From positions 1-34,770 of IMG/VR virus record IMGVR_UViG_3300044775_000056: DNA of 34,770 bases; one strand, 5' to 3'. The notes beneath the pieces were generated by a model. That model worked only from the letters and a program-made list of their open reading frames with translations. It made no database searches and had not been told where the DNA came from. The stretch's first letter is position 1; the number at the start of each line of letters is the position of its first letter. The stretch is from a virus (Duplodnaviria > Caudoviricetes). The position numbers and the translations under genes are program-made. Shown here in pieces: positions 25,549 to 34,770 of the stretch.

Positions 25549-26829
25549 CTACCTCGGAAAAAGAGCGGAGTTGCGCCCAGCCAGCGCGGCCTTACTCGCG
25601 TCATCCGCCCTCCGATCAGACTCCAGGTTCCAAGCTCGAACGCTTGGGTACCATTTACCGCCGATCACGACGCCTTTGTGGCCGGGAGCAGTGATCTCGC
25701 CAGGTGCTGGCGTGAACGGCGGCGGTGCATCCTGTTGCTGCCGCAGCTGAGACAAAACCGGGCGCGGCGGCGTCTCGACCTTGATTGGCGGTGTTGCTGT
25801 CGGCGCCGTGGGAGCCGCCGGCGTCATCGCCGCCGCAGCTGCCGCTGCGTCCGGGCGGGGAGTCAAAGCCGAGATAGCCGATGGGGTCGACACCGGGTTG
25901 GGGGTCGGCGGCGCGACCGCCGGCGGGGCGTACATCTGCGCCGAACCGTCCGCCATCGTGGGTGCCGGCGGCGCCGATACCGTCGACGCGGGCAACGCCT
26001 TTATCGCAGCTGTCGCCGCCGACGCCAGCGACGGCGCAGCAGCCGGGCCGGATGCCGCCTTGGCGCGCTGACCCTCCAGATCGGGAGCAGGCGCCGTCAA
26101 CCCGCCACCGAGGTCGGCAGACGGTTCCATGTTGAGTGCCGAGGGTGGTTTAGCAGCGCCAGCGCGTGCCGCCGCCGTCGCCGCGCCGCCTAGCAACCTC
26201 TCGTTAGCCAGCGCAACCTTTAGCTTAGGGTTATACGGCACCCAGTGCCGCAGCCCATCGACGACATAAGCCTTCTCCGCGACTGCGTCCTGGTCGGCAG
26301 GCAGCCTGAAATTAGGCGCCTTACCGGTCTCCTGCTCGACCATCCTGGCGTATTGCTGCCACGTCCCTGGCTGAAACTGGTAAAAGCCGGTCGCACGAGA
26401 ATTATCGACGCTCGGCCGATCGGGAAACCCGTAAAATCCCTTCATGTCCGGGAATTTAGTGGTGTCGCCGACACCATACCCCACGGCGTAATCACCGTTA
26501 CTTTCGTACTTCCCGATGAGCGGCTTAATCTGCGGCCACAGATTCGGATCGCCAGGAGTAGACCGCGACGACGCCTGGTATTCCGGTGGCTTAATCTCGG
26601 CTGGGGCATCGGCCGGTGGCGCCGTCGAGGTGCCGGTACTCGGCTGGACCGTATCGGTACCTTCGGGGTTGAAGGTTGCTTTGATCGTAGCCTGATCGTT
26701 GGCCAGCGCCTCGGCACGCTTAGCCGCCGCGTGCTTCTCGGCGTTGCCCAACATTTTTTCACGCGTTTCCATCAGCGCGGCGGTCGCCTTCGCCCCCTCG
26801 AACAGACCGTCGACAAACGAACCAAGCAT
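25549..26829 (-). CDS. Internal virion protein with lysozyme-like (Rpf/lambda-lysozyme-like) muralytic domain
   Basis: IGKYESNGDY, ATGFYQFQPGTW, PADQDAVA, GLRHW. Confidence 0.8.
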   Translation of the reverse strand: MLGSFVDGLFEGAKATAALMETREKMLGNAEKHAAAKRAEALANDQATIKATFNPEGTDTVQPSTGTSTAPPADAPAEIKPPEYQASSRSTPGDPNLWPQIKPLIGKYESNGDYAVGYGVGDTTKFPDMKGFYGFPDRPSVDNSRATGFYQFQPGTWQQYARMVEQETGKAPNFRLPADQDAVAEKAYVVDGLRHWVPYNPKLKVALANERLLGGAATAAARAGAAKPPSALNMEPSADLGGGLTAPAPDLEGQRAKAASGPAAAPSLASAATAAIKALPASTVSAPPAPTMADGSAQMYAPPAVAPPTPNPVSTPSAISALTPRPDAAAAAAAMTPAAPTAPTATPPIKVETPPRPVLSQLRQQQDAPPPFTPAPGEITAPGHKGVVIGGKWYPSVRAWNLESDRRADDASKAALAGRNSALFPR

Positions 26830-26830
26830 A

Positions 26831-28114
26831 TCAACCTCCCAACGCGCTCATCGTGGCACGGTTGTAGTCGACCGCCCGGTACCCGCTATCGGTCATAGCG
26901 ACCGCGCGCGGGTCGATCCGCGCGACCTCGTCGGCCATGTAACCAACGTGACGCTCGGGGTCGCCGCGATATCGGAAGGAGTGAACCGGCAAGGCGCCGA
27001 TATGACCGACGATCTCGTCGTCTTCTTTCAGCCGGCGATCGGACATAATCCACGCCGAGCCAAGACCACCGACGATCTTACCGATGCCATTCCACAGGTT
27101 CTGCTGCTGCTGGACCTCGGATTGGTAGCCCGCCATCTGATTCTGAAAGCCGCTATTGAGTGCGCTGGCGCCGACATTCAGCGCCGCCGCCTGATTGCCC
27201 AACGCCGTGGTGCCGCCGCTGTAGAGACCGCCCGCCGATGAACCGTACTGGCCGGCGAGCGTCGTGCCAGTAGTCGGACCGCCGAGGTAACCATACGCGG
27301 TCGGGCTGCCGCCGGCCGTAGCACCGGTACCGTAGACCGCGTTGGCGCCACTAATGCCGGCGCCACCGACCTGCCCGGCTTGTAGACCGCCGGAAGCGCC
27401 GCCGGTCGCCGCCTCGATCTGGCCGAGCGCAACCGTCGGGAGCTTCTGACCTATCGCTATGGCCTGTTGCTGTAATCCGAACCCGGTCAGCTCCTGGGCG
27501 CGGCGGGCCTGGGTCCCAGCCGACGCCTGGGCGGCGGCCTGACTTATGTCGGCTAAAGCCGACTCGCCTTGGTAGCGAGCCTCAGACGGGTCGATACCAT
27601 AGGATCTGAGCTGGTCCTCGCGCGCCTTTTGTTGCTGCGCGAAGGCGCTGGAGACGTCGGCTTGCGCCGCCGCCGACGCCTGATCGGCCCGAGCCGGCGT
27701 GTTGTACTCCTGCGCCTGCCGGGCGAACTCAGCCTCCATCGGCGCAAACTGAGACATATACCGGGTGTAAGTATCAGCCGATTGCTCGCGGTTCTGCCGG
27801 GCTGCCAGCACCGCCTCGCTGGCGTTCTCGCCGGCGAGAGTAGACAGCGCCTGTTGCGACGACAGGTACTCCGTGGCAAACGGCCAGACCGTATTAAATT
27901 GCTGGCGCGCCCAGTCCTGCGCCTCCTTCGACATTTGAAAATATTCGTCGCTGCGCGCCGTCGCCTGGTCGGCGTACCGGGTCTGCGCTTCGAGCTGCTT
28001 CAAACCGAGATCGTACTGCATCTCGGCGGCAGCCGCGTCGCTGGCAGCCGCGTTGGTGCTCGCCGTAATAAAGGGCGTGTAGTCGGGGGCAGGCGGCGGC
28101 GATTCTTTGCCCAT
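26831..28114 (-). CDS. Putative DNA-injection/pilot protein with C-terminal peptidase-S74 chaperone domain
   Basis: MGKESPPPAPDY start, Ala/Gln/Gly-rich body; SDRRLKED...GYMADEV....P.AV...GY..VDY. Confidence 0.8.
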   Translation of the reverse strand: MGKESPPPAPDYTPFITASTNAAASDAAAAEMQYDLGLKQLEAQTRYADQATARSDEYFQMSKEAQDWARQQFNTVWPFATEYLSSQQALSTLAGENASEAVLAARQNREQSADTYTRYMSQFAPMEAEFARQAQEYNTPARADQASAAAQADVSSAFAQQQKAREDQLRSYGIDPSEARYQGESALADISQAAAQASAGTQARRAQELTGFGLQQQAIAIGQKLPTVALGQIEAATGGASGGLQAGQVGGAGISGANAVYGTGATAGGSPTAYGYLGGPTTGTTLAGQYGSSAGGLYSGGTTALGNQAAALNVGASALNSGFQNQMAGYQSEVQQQQNLWNGIGKIVGGLGSAWIMSDRRLKEDDEIVGHIGALPVHSFRYRGDPERHVGYMADEVARIDPRAVAMTDSGYRAVDYNRATMSALGG

Positions 28115-28119
28115 TTTTA

Positions 28120-28596
28120 CTACCGTAGTAAGGGGTCGTCGTCGCTTATAGGAGCTATAATATTAGACCTGAAATGTCTCGGGCGATAGTCCAGCCAGGG
28201 ACAGGTATCGCGGGTCATCGACAAAATGAGAGCGTGAACCCCCGGCGCGAACAGATCGTCGATCGCCGTCTCGACCTGCCAGCCGCCCCGCAGGTCGATC
28301 TCCAATACCTTCGGCCGGTCGGACCGCACGCAGGTCACCAGCTTGTGGCAGCCGCACTGGTTGAAGGCGTAGTCGAATACCAGCCAGGCCAGCTCGCGGC
28401 TAAACCAGCGCTTGTCCTCGCCGGCCATATGCGCCGCCCAGGAGTTGCCGAGGTAATCCATCAGTACGATGCCGCCGAGAATCTTCCCGTCGCGGTGCGA
28501 GGAGAAGCTGTGGTCGCAGCCCTCGTTAAAGCGCCCGCCGGCCCGCTCCATGATCCAGGCACCGGCCCCCGGCGCGTCGATCAAAATCTCACGCAT
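28120..28596 (-). CDS. GNAT-fold acetyltransferase-like protein of the tail module
   Basis: TGATG coupling at 28596; FDYAFNQCGC.KL...V..........GGW..E pattern (RimJ-like). Confidence 0.75.
   Translation of the reverse strand: MREILIDAPGAGAWIMERAGGRFNEGCDHSFSSHRDGKILGGIVLMDYLGNSWAAHMAGEDKRWFSRELAWLVFDYAFNQCGCHKLVTCVRSDRPKVLEIDLRGGWQVETAIDDLFAPGVHALILSMTRDTCPWLDYRPRHFRSNIIAPISDDDPLLR
28146..28160. promoter_or_regulatory. Perfect copy of a dispersed palindromic site (TTATAG-GAG-CTATAA)
   Basis: Related copies at 138, 3512, 7680, 12382, 16165, 21274 and 32592. Confidence 0.6.
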
Positions 28597-29729
28597 CACC
28601 AATGCCACGTCTGAACGCTGACGGCGTATTGTCGAGGCGAACGTTGCGCGGCGGCGAGCGCCGCAAGCTGGCTCATAGCCATGATACGACCGCCAACCAG
28701 GGTCGCGACGACACCGCCGGGACCCCCGTCGCTAGGGTCGCCGCCCCCGCCGCCACCTATACCCCCATCACCGAAACCGATCCCGCCATCGTCAGGGTCT
28801 ATCGGCACGATCGGCGTGCCGCCGGTCGACCCGTCGCCGTTGATCCCCGGCGGCGCCGAGTAAATCCCCAGGAACGTATTGCCGCCGGTGCCGGCGCATA
28901 CCTCGGCCGCCGACGGAATGTCAATTGCCAGAACCTGACCGGGGGTAAACAACCCGGTGTTGATCGCGCCGACGACCGAACCGCCGCCACCTCCGCCGCC
29001 GCCGGTCGTCAGCCCGCCGTTCTTGCCGCAGCCGCCGGCCCCGACGATCAGCACGGTGTTGTTGGTCGTGCTCCAGTCGAGCGGGAAGGTGAACGGACTG
29101 GGCGAGTCCTTGGTAAGGACAATGACGATAGGCCCGGTGCCGGGGTCGTACTGGAGATAAATTACCCCTTCACCACCCAAAGCACCAAGACCGCCACCAG
29201 CATGACCCCCACCGCCGCCGCCACCTCCACCGCCATATAACCCGCCGACACCGCCATCGCCGCCGTGACCGGTGTCGCCCCAGTTCCCGCCAGACCCGCC
29301 TGAGCCGGAGCCAGAAGTGCCGTCCCACTCGGTGCCAAGGAAGCCGGTCGTGCTGGGGGTGGTCTGTCTCGGCGTGTGAAAGAGATCGCCCGACCCACCG
29401 TAGCCGCCAGTGCCGTCGTACTGGCCGCCCTGACCGTACTCCCCGATCCCGTATAATCCCGCCGCCCCACCGCCGCCAGCCCCGGCGGCGACACCGGTAA
29501 CGCCGCCGGTGATGTTTAATAAAGCCTCGATGGACGATTTGGCTTTTATCCGACCATTGAGGTTCTGGACAATATCCAGATAGCCTCTAACCGACGACTT
29601 GGCAGAGACCCAGCCGTCGACGCCAAAGCCGGAGAGAAGGGTTTCGCGGGCGATGCCGCCGATGCGAACGACCCCGTCGGAGCTGATCAGACCTTCGCGG
29701 GCGACGCCGCCTATCCGGGCGTCAGTCAT
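28596..29729 (-). CDS. Glycine-rich tail-associated protein
   Basis: Poly-Gly tracts, GxGGxG..I.I.Y and IVGAGG.G motifs; N-terminal RIGG.ARE.L duplicate. Confidence 0.7.
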   Translation of the reverse strand: MTDARIGGVAREGLISSDGVVRIGGIARETLLSGFGVDGWVSAKSSVRGYLDIVQNLNGRIKAKSSIEALLNITGGVTGVAAGAGGGGAAGLYGIGEYGQGGQYDGTGGYGGSGDLFHTPRQTTPSTTGFLGTEWDGTSGSGSGGSGGNWGDTGHGGDGGVGGLYGGGGGGGGGGHAGGGLGALGGEGVIYLQYDPGTGPIVIVLTKDSPSPFTFPLDWSTTNNTVLIVGAGGCGKNGGLTTGGGGGGGGSVVGAINTGLFTPGQVLAIDIPSAAEVCAGTGGNTFLGIYSAPPGINGDGSTGGTPIVPIDPDDGGIGFGDGGIGGGGGGDPSDGGPGGVVATLVGGRIMAMSQLAALAAAQRSPRQYAVSVQTWHW

Positions 29730-29732
29730 GAG

Positions 29733-31247
29733 TTAGCTGTCGATTTTCAGGCCGCTGGTAGCGGCATCGAGATTGGTCCGGGTCCACACCGCTGACGTGT
29801 TCGGATCGGTTGGGAAGAAGCTCCCCAACCAGCCAAACGTCGTGCCCATCGCCTGCCCGGTGAGTGACCCGCCGCTATCGGTCGCGCCGGATTTGGTGCG
29901 CATAGAGACGGTACGAGTGCCACTGTCGGATTTCTGGACGTAGGCTTTGACCGCGACCGAGTGGATCGTGGCGGGTGCCGGCAGAGACAGAGGGGTAAAG
30001 GTGTAAAGATCTTCGTGGTTGACGGTGGCGTCGTATACGTAGGAATACTGACCGTCCGGCGGTTGGTTGTTTACCTCGTCGTAGTTAACCGCGATGCCGG
30101 TGAGGTTGCCCCACAACAGAAAACTTCCTTGGCCTGATGTCATCGCAGGAGCCGTACCCGGCGCACCGGAAGCAAAAGTGGAGTTTGCACGATATCCTAA
30201 TGAATTAGCATCCGCCGTGGCGACACCATTAGTCATTGCTAGGTCGTTCATAAATCCAATCCAATACGGCGTTCCAGCCGAAAGACTTTGCGGCGTCGTT
30301 AAAGGTAAGGTAACCGCAACTCCATTTGTAACTCCGACTACCGTCGTGCCAGATGACAGCAAAGTCCCGGCTGCCCCGGCACTATCGGCATAAATAACCC
30401 CCCGCAGGTTAACCGAGCCTGCGGTGGCACTTGGCATTAAACTTATCGAGTTAATGGTACAGGCAGCTGACGGAGTAAACCGGCGTAGCGTCAACGTATT
30501 GACGACTGTTGATAGATTAGCAGCCACCCGCTGCACACTCGACCCTAATATCCCCGCGCCAAACACAAACTGTACCGCGCTATCGGATGCCGGGAACGTC
30601 GTCTCGATGCGCGGGCTGGTCAGGAGGACGGCGTTGTTGGTGCTACCTGTAGAATCGAACAGATAAAGGTCGTCAAATGTAAATACCTGAGCGCTGCCCG
30701 CCGCGCCGGTTAAAACAAATTGATTCGCGGTGTTGTTTGCGGTTGCTGTCGTGTCGCCGGTTCCACTGAATAGAGATACGCCGTCAAGCCACACTTGATA
30801 CGCCGCCGAATTACCGAAGGTGATATCCCATTCAAGATAATGGGTGCTGTTGGCTGATATCGAAGAACCCGATGTTGCTATCGCGGTTCCGCCGACAGCG
30901 CCGTTGCGGAGACTGATGGTCCCGGCCGGAGTGGCGACTATCGAACATTGCTGCGTGCCAGAATCCGCAAACGACACACCCGCATTAAACGAGCCGACGA
31001 GGTTAGTAGCGAACCGGACCCCGCCAATTAGTCGTGCGTAACTTGCGCCGAGGGACTTAACAAACGGTTGCGCCGAGCTGAGCGTGGCAGACAACGCTTG
31101 CCCCGTCGCGCTGAGCCCCGCCACAATAGCAGCGCTCGTGCTACTGCCAGAAGTCCACTCCCCTGCCGTCAGCATCGCCACAACCGACGTCGCATTACTG
31201 TTAACGCCGCCGTACTTATCAAAAGACTCTAAAAAAATACAAGTCAC
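29733..31247 (-). CDS. Virion/tail protein (ConA-like N-domain, internal inserted domain)
   Basis: RBS aggag; FLESFD, HYLEWDI, FDDLYL, FPTDPNT..W C-terminus; beta-rich. Confidence 0.72.
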   Translation of the reverse strand: MTCIFLESFDKYGGVNSNATSVVAMLTAGEWTSGSSTSAAIVAGLSATGQALSATLSSAQPFVKSLGASYARLIGGVRFATNLVGSFNAGVSFADSGTQQCSIVATPAGTISLRNGAVGGTAIATSGSSISANSTHYLEWDITFGNSAAYQVWLDGVSLFSGTGDTTATANNTANQFVLTGAAGSAQVFTFDDLYLFDSTGSTNNAVLLTSPRIETTFPASDSAVQFVFGAGILGSSVQRVAANLSTVVNTLTLRRFTPSAACTINSISLMPSATAGSVNLRGVIYADSAGAAGTLLSSGTTVVGVTNGVAVTLPLTTPQSLSAGTPYWIGFMNDLAMTNGVATADANSLGYRANSTFASGAPGTAPAMTSGQGSFLLWGNLTGIAVNYDEVNNQPPDGQYSYVYDATVNHEDLYTFTPLSLPAPATIHSVAVKAYVQKSDSGTRTVSMRTKSGATDSGGSLTGQAMGTTFGWLGSFFPTDPNTSAVWTRTNLDAATSGLKIDS

Positions 31248-31249
31248 AA

Positions 31250-31411
31250 TTAAATACTCCTAGCCTTACGAAGCACCCAAGCCGATTTCAATTTCGCGTT
31301 ATGAGCATTGCGAGCTTCGATAGATAGGCAGGCCCACCACTGCTTCATCTTTTCGCCCCGACGCTTGAGAGTTTCCAGTGATGGCGGCGTGTTTGTCCAA
31401 CTCTGACGCAT
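31250..31411 (-). CDS. Possible small basic ORF or endonuclease-tail remnant (53 aa)
   Basis: MRQSWTNTPPSLETLKRRGEKMKQWWACLSIEARNAHNAKLKSAWVLRKARSI fills an AT-richer gap; no clear RBS. Confidence 0.35.
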   Translation of the reverse strand: MRQSWTNTPPSLETLKRRGEKMKQWWACLSIEARNAHNAKLKSAWVLRKARSI

Positions 31412-31453
31412 CCGTAAAGCAGACTCGTCCTTACGCCATTGCGGACTTACCTG

Positions 31454-32113
31454 TCAACTCGACGTAATAACAAACGACGACGGCGGGAACGTCGCCGACG
31501 CGCCGTTGATGATTGACTGAGCGATGAGTTTACGAACCATGCCGCTGCCGGCGGTGCTGGTATTAACCGGCGTACCGCTATTCGTCACGGTGAACGTGTT
31601 AGCGGTTGGAGATACCACCGTCAGTATGCCGGTAAAATTACTCGCGGAGAACGTCGGGTTGGTGCCACCGTGCTCGACCGTCCACTCGACGACGTCGGCA
31701 GCGGCAAACCCGTGCCCCGGCGCGGTGATCACCGCCGGCGAGGCAGCGCTGACCGTCGCCGGCAGCCAGAGATAATTGCCAAAATAGTCCCAGCACAGCA
31801 GGTTCCCGCTGCTAGACGCGTCGTAGAGGCCAAACCCAATAACGATCCCCCAGTCGGCGGTAGCCGTGGGGAAGTTCAAGGTCGCGACGTTGGAGATCGT
31901 GCTAGGTCCGGTGCCTGTAGCGGTGTTCCAGTCGGCCGCCGCCGTGACCTTGCGGGCGTAGGAGCCGCCGGTCACCTCGGTGAACCCGGTCCCGGCGTCG
32001 GTACCCACCGCAGTAAACAACGCAATGTACGCCGTCGGGATCGTAAATATCGCGGTCTTACCCGTGATGTGGTTGAGTATCCCTTGAGACACCCGGTTGG
32101 TGAATCCTGTCAT
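31454..32113 (-). CDS. Virion structural/tail-fibre-associated protein
   Basis: YIALFT...G.EV.GGSYAR, FPTATADWG...FGLYDA...GNLL; ATGA overlap with the upstream stop. Confidence 0.75.
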   Translation of the reverse strand: MTGFTNRVSQGILNHITGKTAIFTIPTAYIALFTAVGTDAGTGFTEVTGGSYARKVTAAADWNTATGTGPSTISNVATLNFPTATADWGIVIGFGLYDASSSGNLLCWDYFGNYLWLPATVSAASPAVITAPGHGFAAADVVEWTVEHGGTNPTFSASNFTGILTVVSPTANTFTVTNSGTPVNTSTAGSGMVRKLIAQSIINGASATFPPSSFVITSS

Positions 32114-32589
32114 GTCTCAAAGCCTGTCAAGGTCGCGGCGAAATCGCCAAACGTCAGGTCGAACGCCGGCGGCCCCACCAGCGCCAACGTGTCGCCTTCG
32201 GCAAAATTGAGCGGCACCCCGCCGCTCGACAGTGTGCCGAGCAGCGCGCCGGCAGCGAAAGTGATCGTGCCGACAGTGGTAAAAACCCCAGGCGCCGCCT
32301 CGGTCGCCTGCCGGATATCCACCGTGACGCCGGCCGTCGCCGGCAACCCGCCGCGCGCCTCGCTGCTGTGACCGAGGTAGTCGCCGAAATCTATCGGGAA
32401 CGTGACTGCCTTGGAAAAGCGGTGCAGTAACAGGGCTTGGCTGTTGATCAAAACGTCTGGCACAAAACACGCAACAACGTAACGTGGGTGTGCGCTAGCC
32501 ACATCCCACTTCACGCCGTCCCAAATCCAACTGGACCTGTGGCCATTGAAAACCTGTCCGATGGTCGGGGAATCGGGAAAATTCAACAA
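32110..32589 (-). CDS. Tail-associated protein
   Basis: LNFPDSPT.GQ.F...W.WDG.KW N-terminal motif common in tail proteins; TTG start after aggaa. Confidence 0.7.
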   Translation of the reverse strand: MLNFPDSPTIGQVFNGHRSSWIWDGVKWDVASAHPRYVVACFVPDVLINSQALLLHRFSKAVTFPIDFGDYLGHSSEARGGLPATAGVTVDIRQATEAAPGVFTTVGTITFAAGALLGTLSSGGVPLNFAEGDTLALVGPPAFDLTFGDFAATLTGFET

Positions 32590-32599
32590 CTAATAGTTC

Positions 32600-32971
32600 C
32601 TATATTTTACGGTTACTACGCGTAGTAGGCGGCAAGCGGAACGGCGCCGCGTCACCGACTGCGCCGTGCGGGCTCTCGACGGCCTGCTCCGACAGCAGAC
32701 CGAAATCAACGAGGTCCTTAAAAATCACGGCACGGTTCGGGCGGTCGCCGCGCTGCCCGGCCAGGCTCTCGACGCAGGCTTTCAGCGCGCTGACAACCGC
32801 GCCGATATTCCTGATCTGGCCAGTCTCGTCGAACACCAGCGTCGGAATGGCCGGCGTATAAGGGTTGGACAGCGGCAGGTCCGACCCAGTCACCGCCCGC
32901 GACACGACCTGGGTGTTGGGTTGCCGGGGCGTCGGGCGCGGCCTGGGGTTGAACGCGGTGCGGGTTTTCAT
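32600..32971 (-). CDS. Hypothetical tail-module protein
   Basis: TGATG coupling at 32971; ALK.CVE.L.GQRG....RAV.F.DL...GL. Confidence 0.7.
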   Translation of the reverse strand: MKTRTAFNPRPRPTPRQPNTQVVSRAVTGSDLPLSNPYTPAIPTLVFDETGQIRNIGAVVSALKACVESLAGQRGDRPNRAVIFKDLVDFGLLSEQAVESPHGAVGDAAPFRLPPTTRSNRKI

Positions 32972-34743
32972 CAGACGCCCCGCAGCTCGGTCATCGTGGT
33001 GCTGAGCTGCACCGAGTAGACGCTGGCCATCGAGACAATCTCGACCTGATGGTCGAAAGCGCGGAAACCTTTGGGTAACCGGAAGAGGTTCTGCTGCTTT
33101 GTCAGGTTGGCCTGCATAATTAGTTGGAAGTCGGGGCCGGCGTAGTAGCGCAGGACGCCCCACACGCCGTCGGGTAGAGCCAGAGACGGGTCGCCGTTGG
33201 AAAGCGGCGGCGTCGAGAACTGGCCGGTACGCGGGATCTCGACCTCTGGACCGAGAGTGACCTGCACCGCGCCCAGGGATATCGGCGTCGGGGCGAAGAA
33301 CCGCTTCGAGCGCCAGCGGTACCGAAGGCGCGGTTGCGAGACATCATCCCAGCGGTAAACTTTCTTATCGGCGCAGATGTAGGTATCGCCGAAATACTCG
33401 TCGTTCCATATACTGGTTGCGCCCTGGAAGGTTGACAGATCCTCAAATGCCAGTCTCTGATCGGCGTAATCCAGAACAAAACCGCTATTGGTGCCGTTGA
33501 TCGCCAGATATTGTGAGCGGTGCCGGGCGCAATAAATATCGCGAGCCCGGTAGTAGGTATTCCACTTCTCCTTGTCGACCAACTGCAAGGTCTGGTTGGA
33601 CATGCCGTAACCGCTGATCTGGATCAGCCCGTTCTGGCTGGCGTAGTAAACCGCCAGGAGGTCAACCACCACTGAGCCGCGCGACACGCACGGCTCCGCC
33701 ACCTGCGACTGGACGATAACGAAATTACTGGGAGAGTTGCCGCTACCGGTCGACGGGTAACCCGTGGTCAGGATCATCAGGTATTGCTGCCAGACCGCCA
33801 AGGCGATGACGTTGTAATGGACCGACTGGTCGTAGAGGCTGGGCCAGGTATGCGGCCGGTCGGGCTCGCAGAAGTGGATCGTGTTGCCGGTCCACCCGAC
33901 CAGCATACCGCCCGGCAGCGCGGTCAGCCCGTCGAGGAAATCGGGCGGGTTCTCCCAGCCAGCGGAAGGCAGCGTCAGGTTGCCGACGATCTCAGTGTCG
34001 GGGATACTATCGAGGTAAGTCGCCGGCGGCGGGTTGCCGCCGGGGCCGTAGTTGAACCGGGCCACCTCGAAATACTGCGTCCCGGTGTCCTGCCCGGTCA
34101 CCGTGCGGTAAAGCACGACCTGCGTGATCGGCAGGTAATTCCGCCCGGTCGTGTTGGCCGGCGGCGCCAGCGGCAAACCGGTAATGCTCCAAACACCGTC
34201 AGGCGGACCGTCGAACACATTGCTGGGAGGCGACGGGGCACTCTCCTCGCCAAACCCGTTAACGTGGGTATAGAGGTAAGCTCGGGAAATCTTGGGCACC
34301 GTCGTCGTACCGCCGGTCACCCCGGTGATCGTCAGCGCCGTCGTGGGGTGGATCGTCCCGAGGGACCAAGGCGGTACTCCAGCCTTTATATCGCCGTAAG
34401 TAGACCACAACGGCGTCGGCACGCCGGGGGTCGTCCAATACAGCCGGTTCGTGTCGTCGTTCGCCAGGGGCGAACGAACAACAGAGGTAAATTTAGACGG
34501 CAGGGGCACCCAGATCGGGTCGTAGGTACCGTCGTCGGCGATCGGCCCGAGAAACAAATAAGCCTTCTCGACCGGTCCCGGTGTGGCGCTCAGATCCTTG
34601 ACCAGCACCGGCGCGAACAGGCCGTGCAGCTGACCCGAAGTCAGATCGCAGTTGACCGACGCCTCCGCCATGTTGTCGCCCAACAGGCGGGGGTCGATCA
34701 GCGGGATCATCCCGCCAAAGCCTTTGACTTCCCAGGCGGGCAA
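32971..34743 (-). CDS. Tail tubular/DNA-stabilization (nozzle-like) protein
   Basis: FGGMIP..DPRLL, YLYT.V..FGEESAPSP, FCEP..PH.WP, YAS.NGL, WRSK.F; typical of podovirus stabilization proteins. Confidence 0.8.
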   Translation of the reverse strand: MPAWEVKGFGGMIPLIDPRLLGDNMAEASVNCDLTSGQLHGLFAPVLVKDLSATPGPVEKAYLFLGPIADDGTYDPIWVPLPSKFTSVVRSPLANDDTNRLYWTTPGVPTPLWSTYGDIKAGVPPWSLGTIHPTTALTITGVTGGTTTVPKISRAYLYTHVNGFGEESAPSPPSNVFDGPPDGVWSITGLPLAPPANTTGRNYLPITQVVLYRTVTGQDTGTQYFEVARFNYGPGGNPPPATYLDSIPDTEIVGNLTLPSAGWENPPDFLDGLTALPGGMLVGWTGNTIHFCEPDRPHTWPSLYDQSVHYNVIALAVWQQYLMILTTGYPSTGSGNSPSNFVIVQSQVAEPCVSRGSVVVDLLAVYYASQNGLIQISGYGMSNQTLQLVDKEKWNTYYRARDIYCARHRSQYLAINGTNSGFVLDYADQRLAFEDLSTFQGATSIWNDEYFGDTYICADKKVYRWDDVSQPRLRYRWRSKRFFAPTPISLGAVQVTLGPEVEIPRTGQFSTPPLSNGDPSLALPDGVWGVLRYYAGPDFQLIMQANLTKQQNLFRLPKGFRAFDHQVEIVSMASVYSVQLSTTMTELRGV

Positions 34744-34770
34744 GTTACTTCACGAGGCCGGGGGAGTTGG

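Noticed and set aside
28596-32589. Diversity-generating retroelement acting on tail genes
   Set aside because: No reverse transcriptase and no TR/VR repeat pair visible in this window.
34745-34770. 3' end of an upstream - strand gene
   Set aside because: Only about 7 codons visible; cannot be called.

Overview
A GC-rich tailed-phage (podovirus-like) genome segment with two convergent arms. The + arm (163-11700) is a replication module: family-A DNA polymerase interrupted by a 305-aa LAGLIDADG intein ending in Gln, Cas4/RecB-like nuclease, VRR-NUC nuclease, SNF2-like helicase, SSB-like protein and a DUF927-type primase-helicase. The - arm (34743 down to 11730) is a virion module: tail/stabilization proteins, GNAT-like protein, S74-capped injection protein, two lysozyme-fold internal proteins, a 2280-aa polyvalent ejection protein and many small genes. 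A + strand island (about 12411-14311) interrupts the - arm and carries an HNH endonuclease, a structured leader with an antisense terminator, and a plasmid-type HTH Rep-like gene followed by an HTH/coiled-coil gene. The main unexplained signals are: (1) a tandem array of sliding-clamp-binding-like hexapeptides in the giant injected protein; (2) a palindromic AT-rich site TAYAG-N3-CTATA dispersed about 8 times across the window; (3) the plasmid-like replicon island; (4) an apparently inactive transglycosylase next to an intact one. All family assignments come from motif recognition by eye, not from database searches. An alphaproteobacterial host is only an inference.
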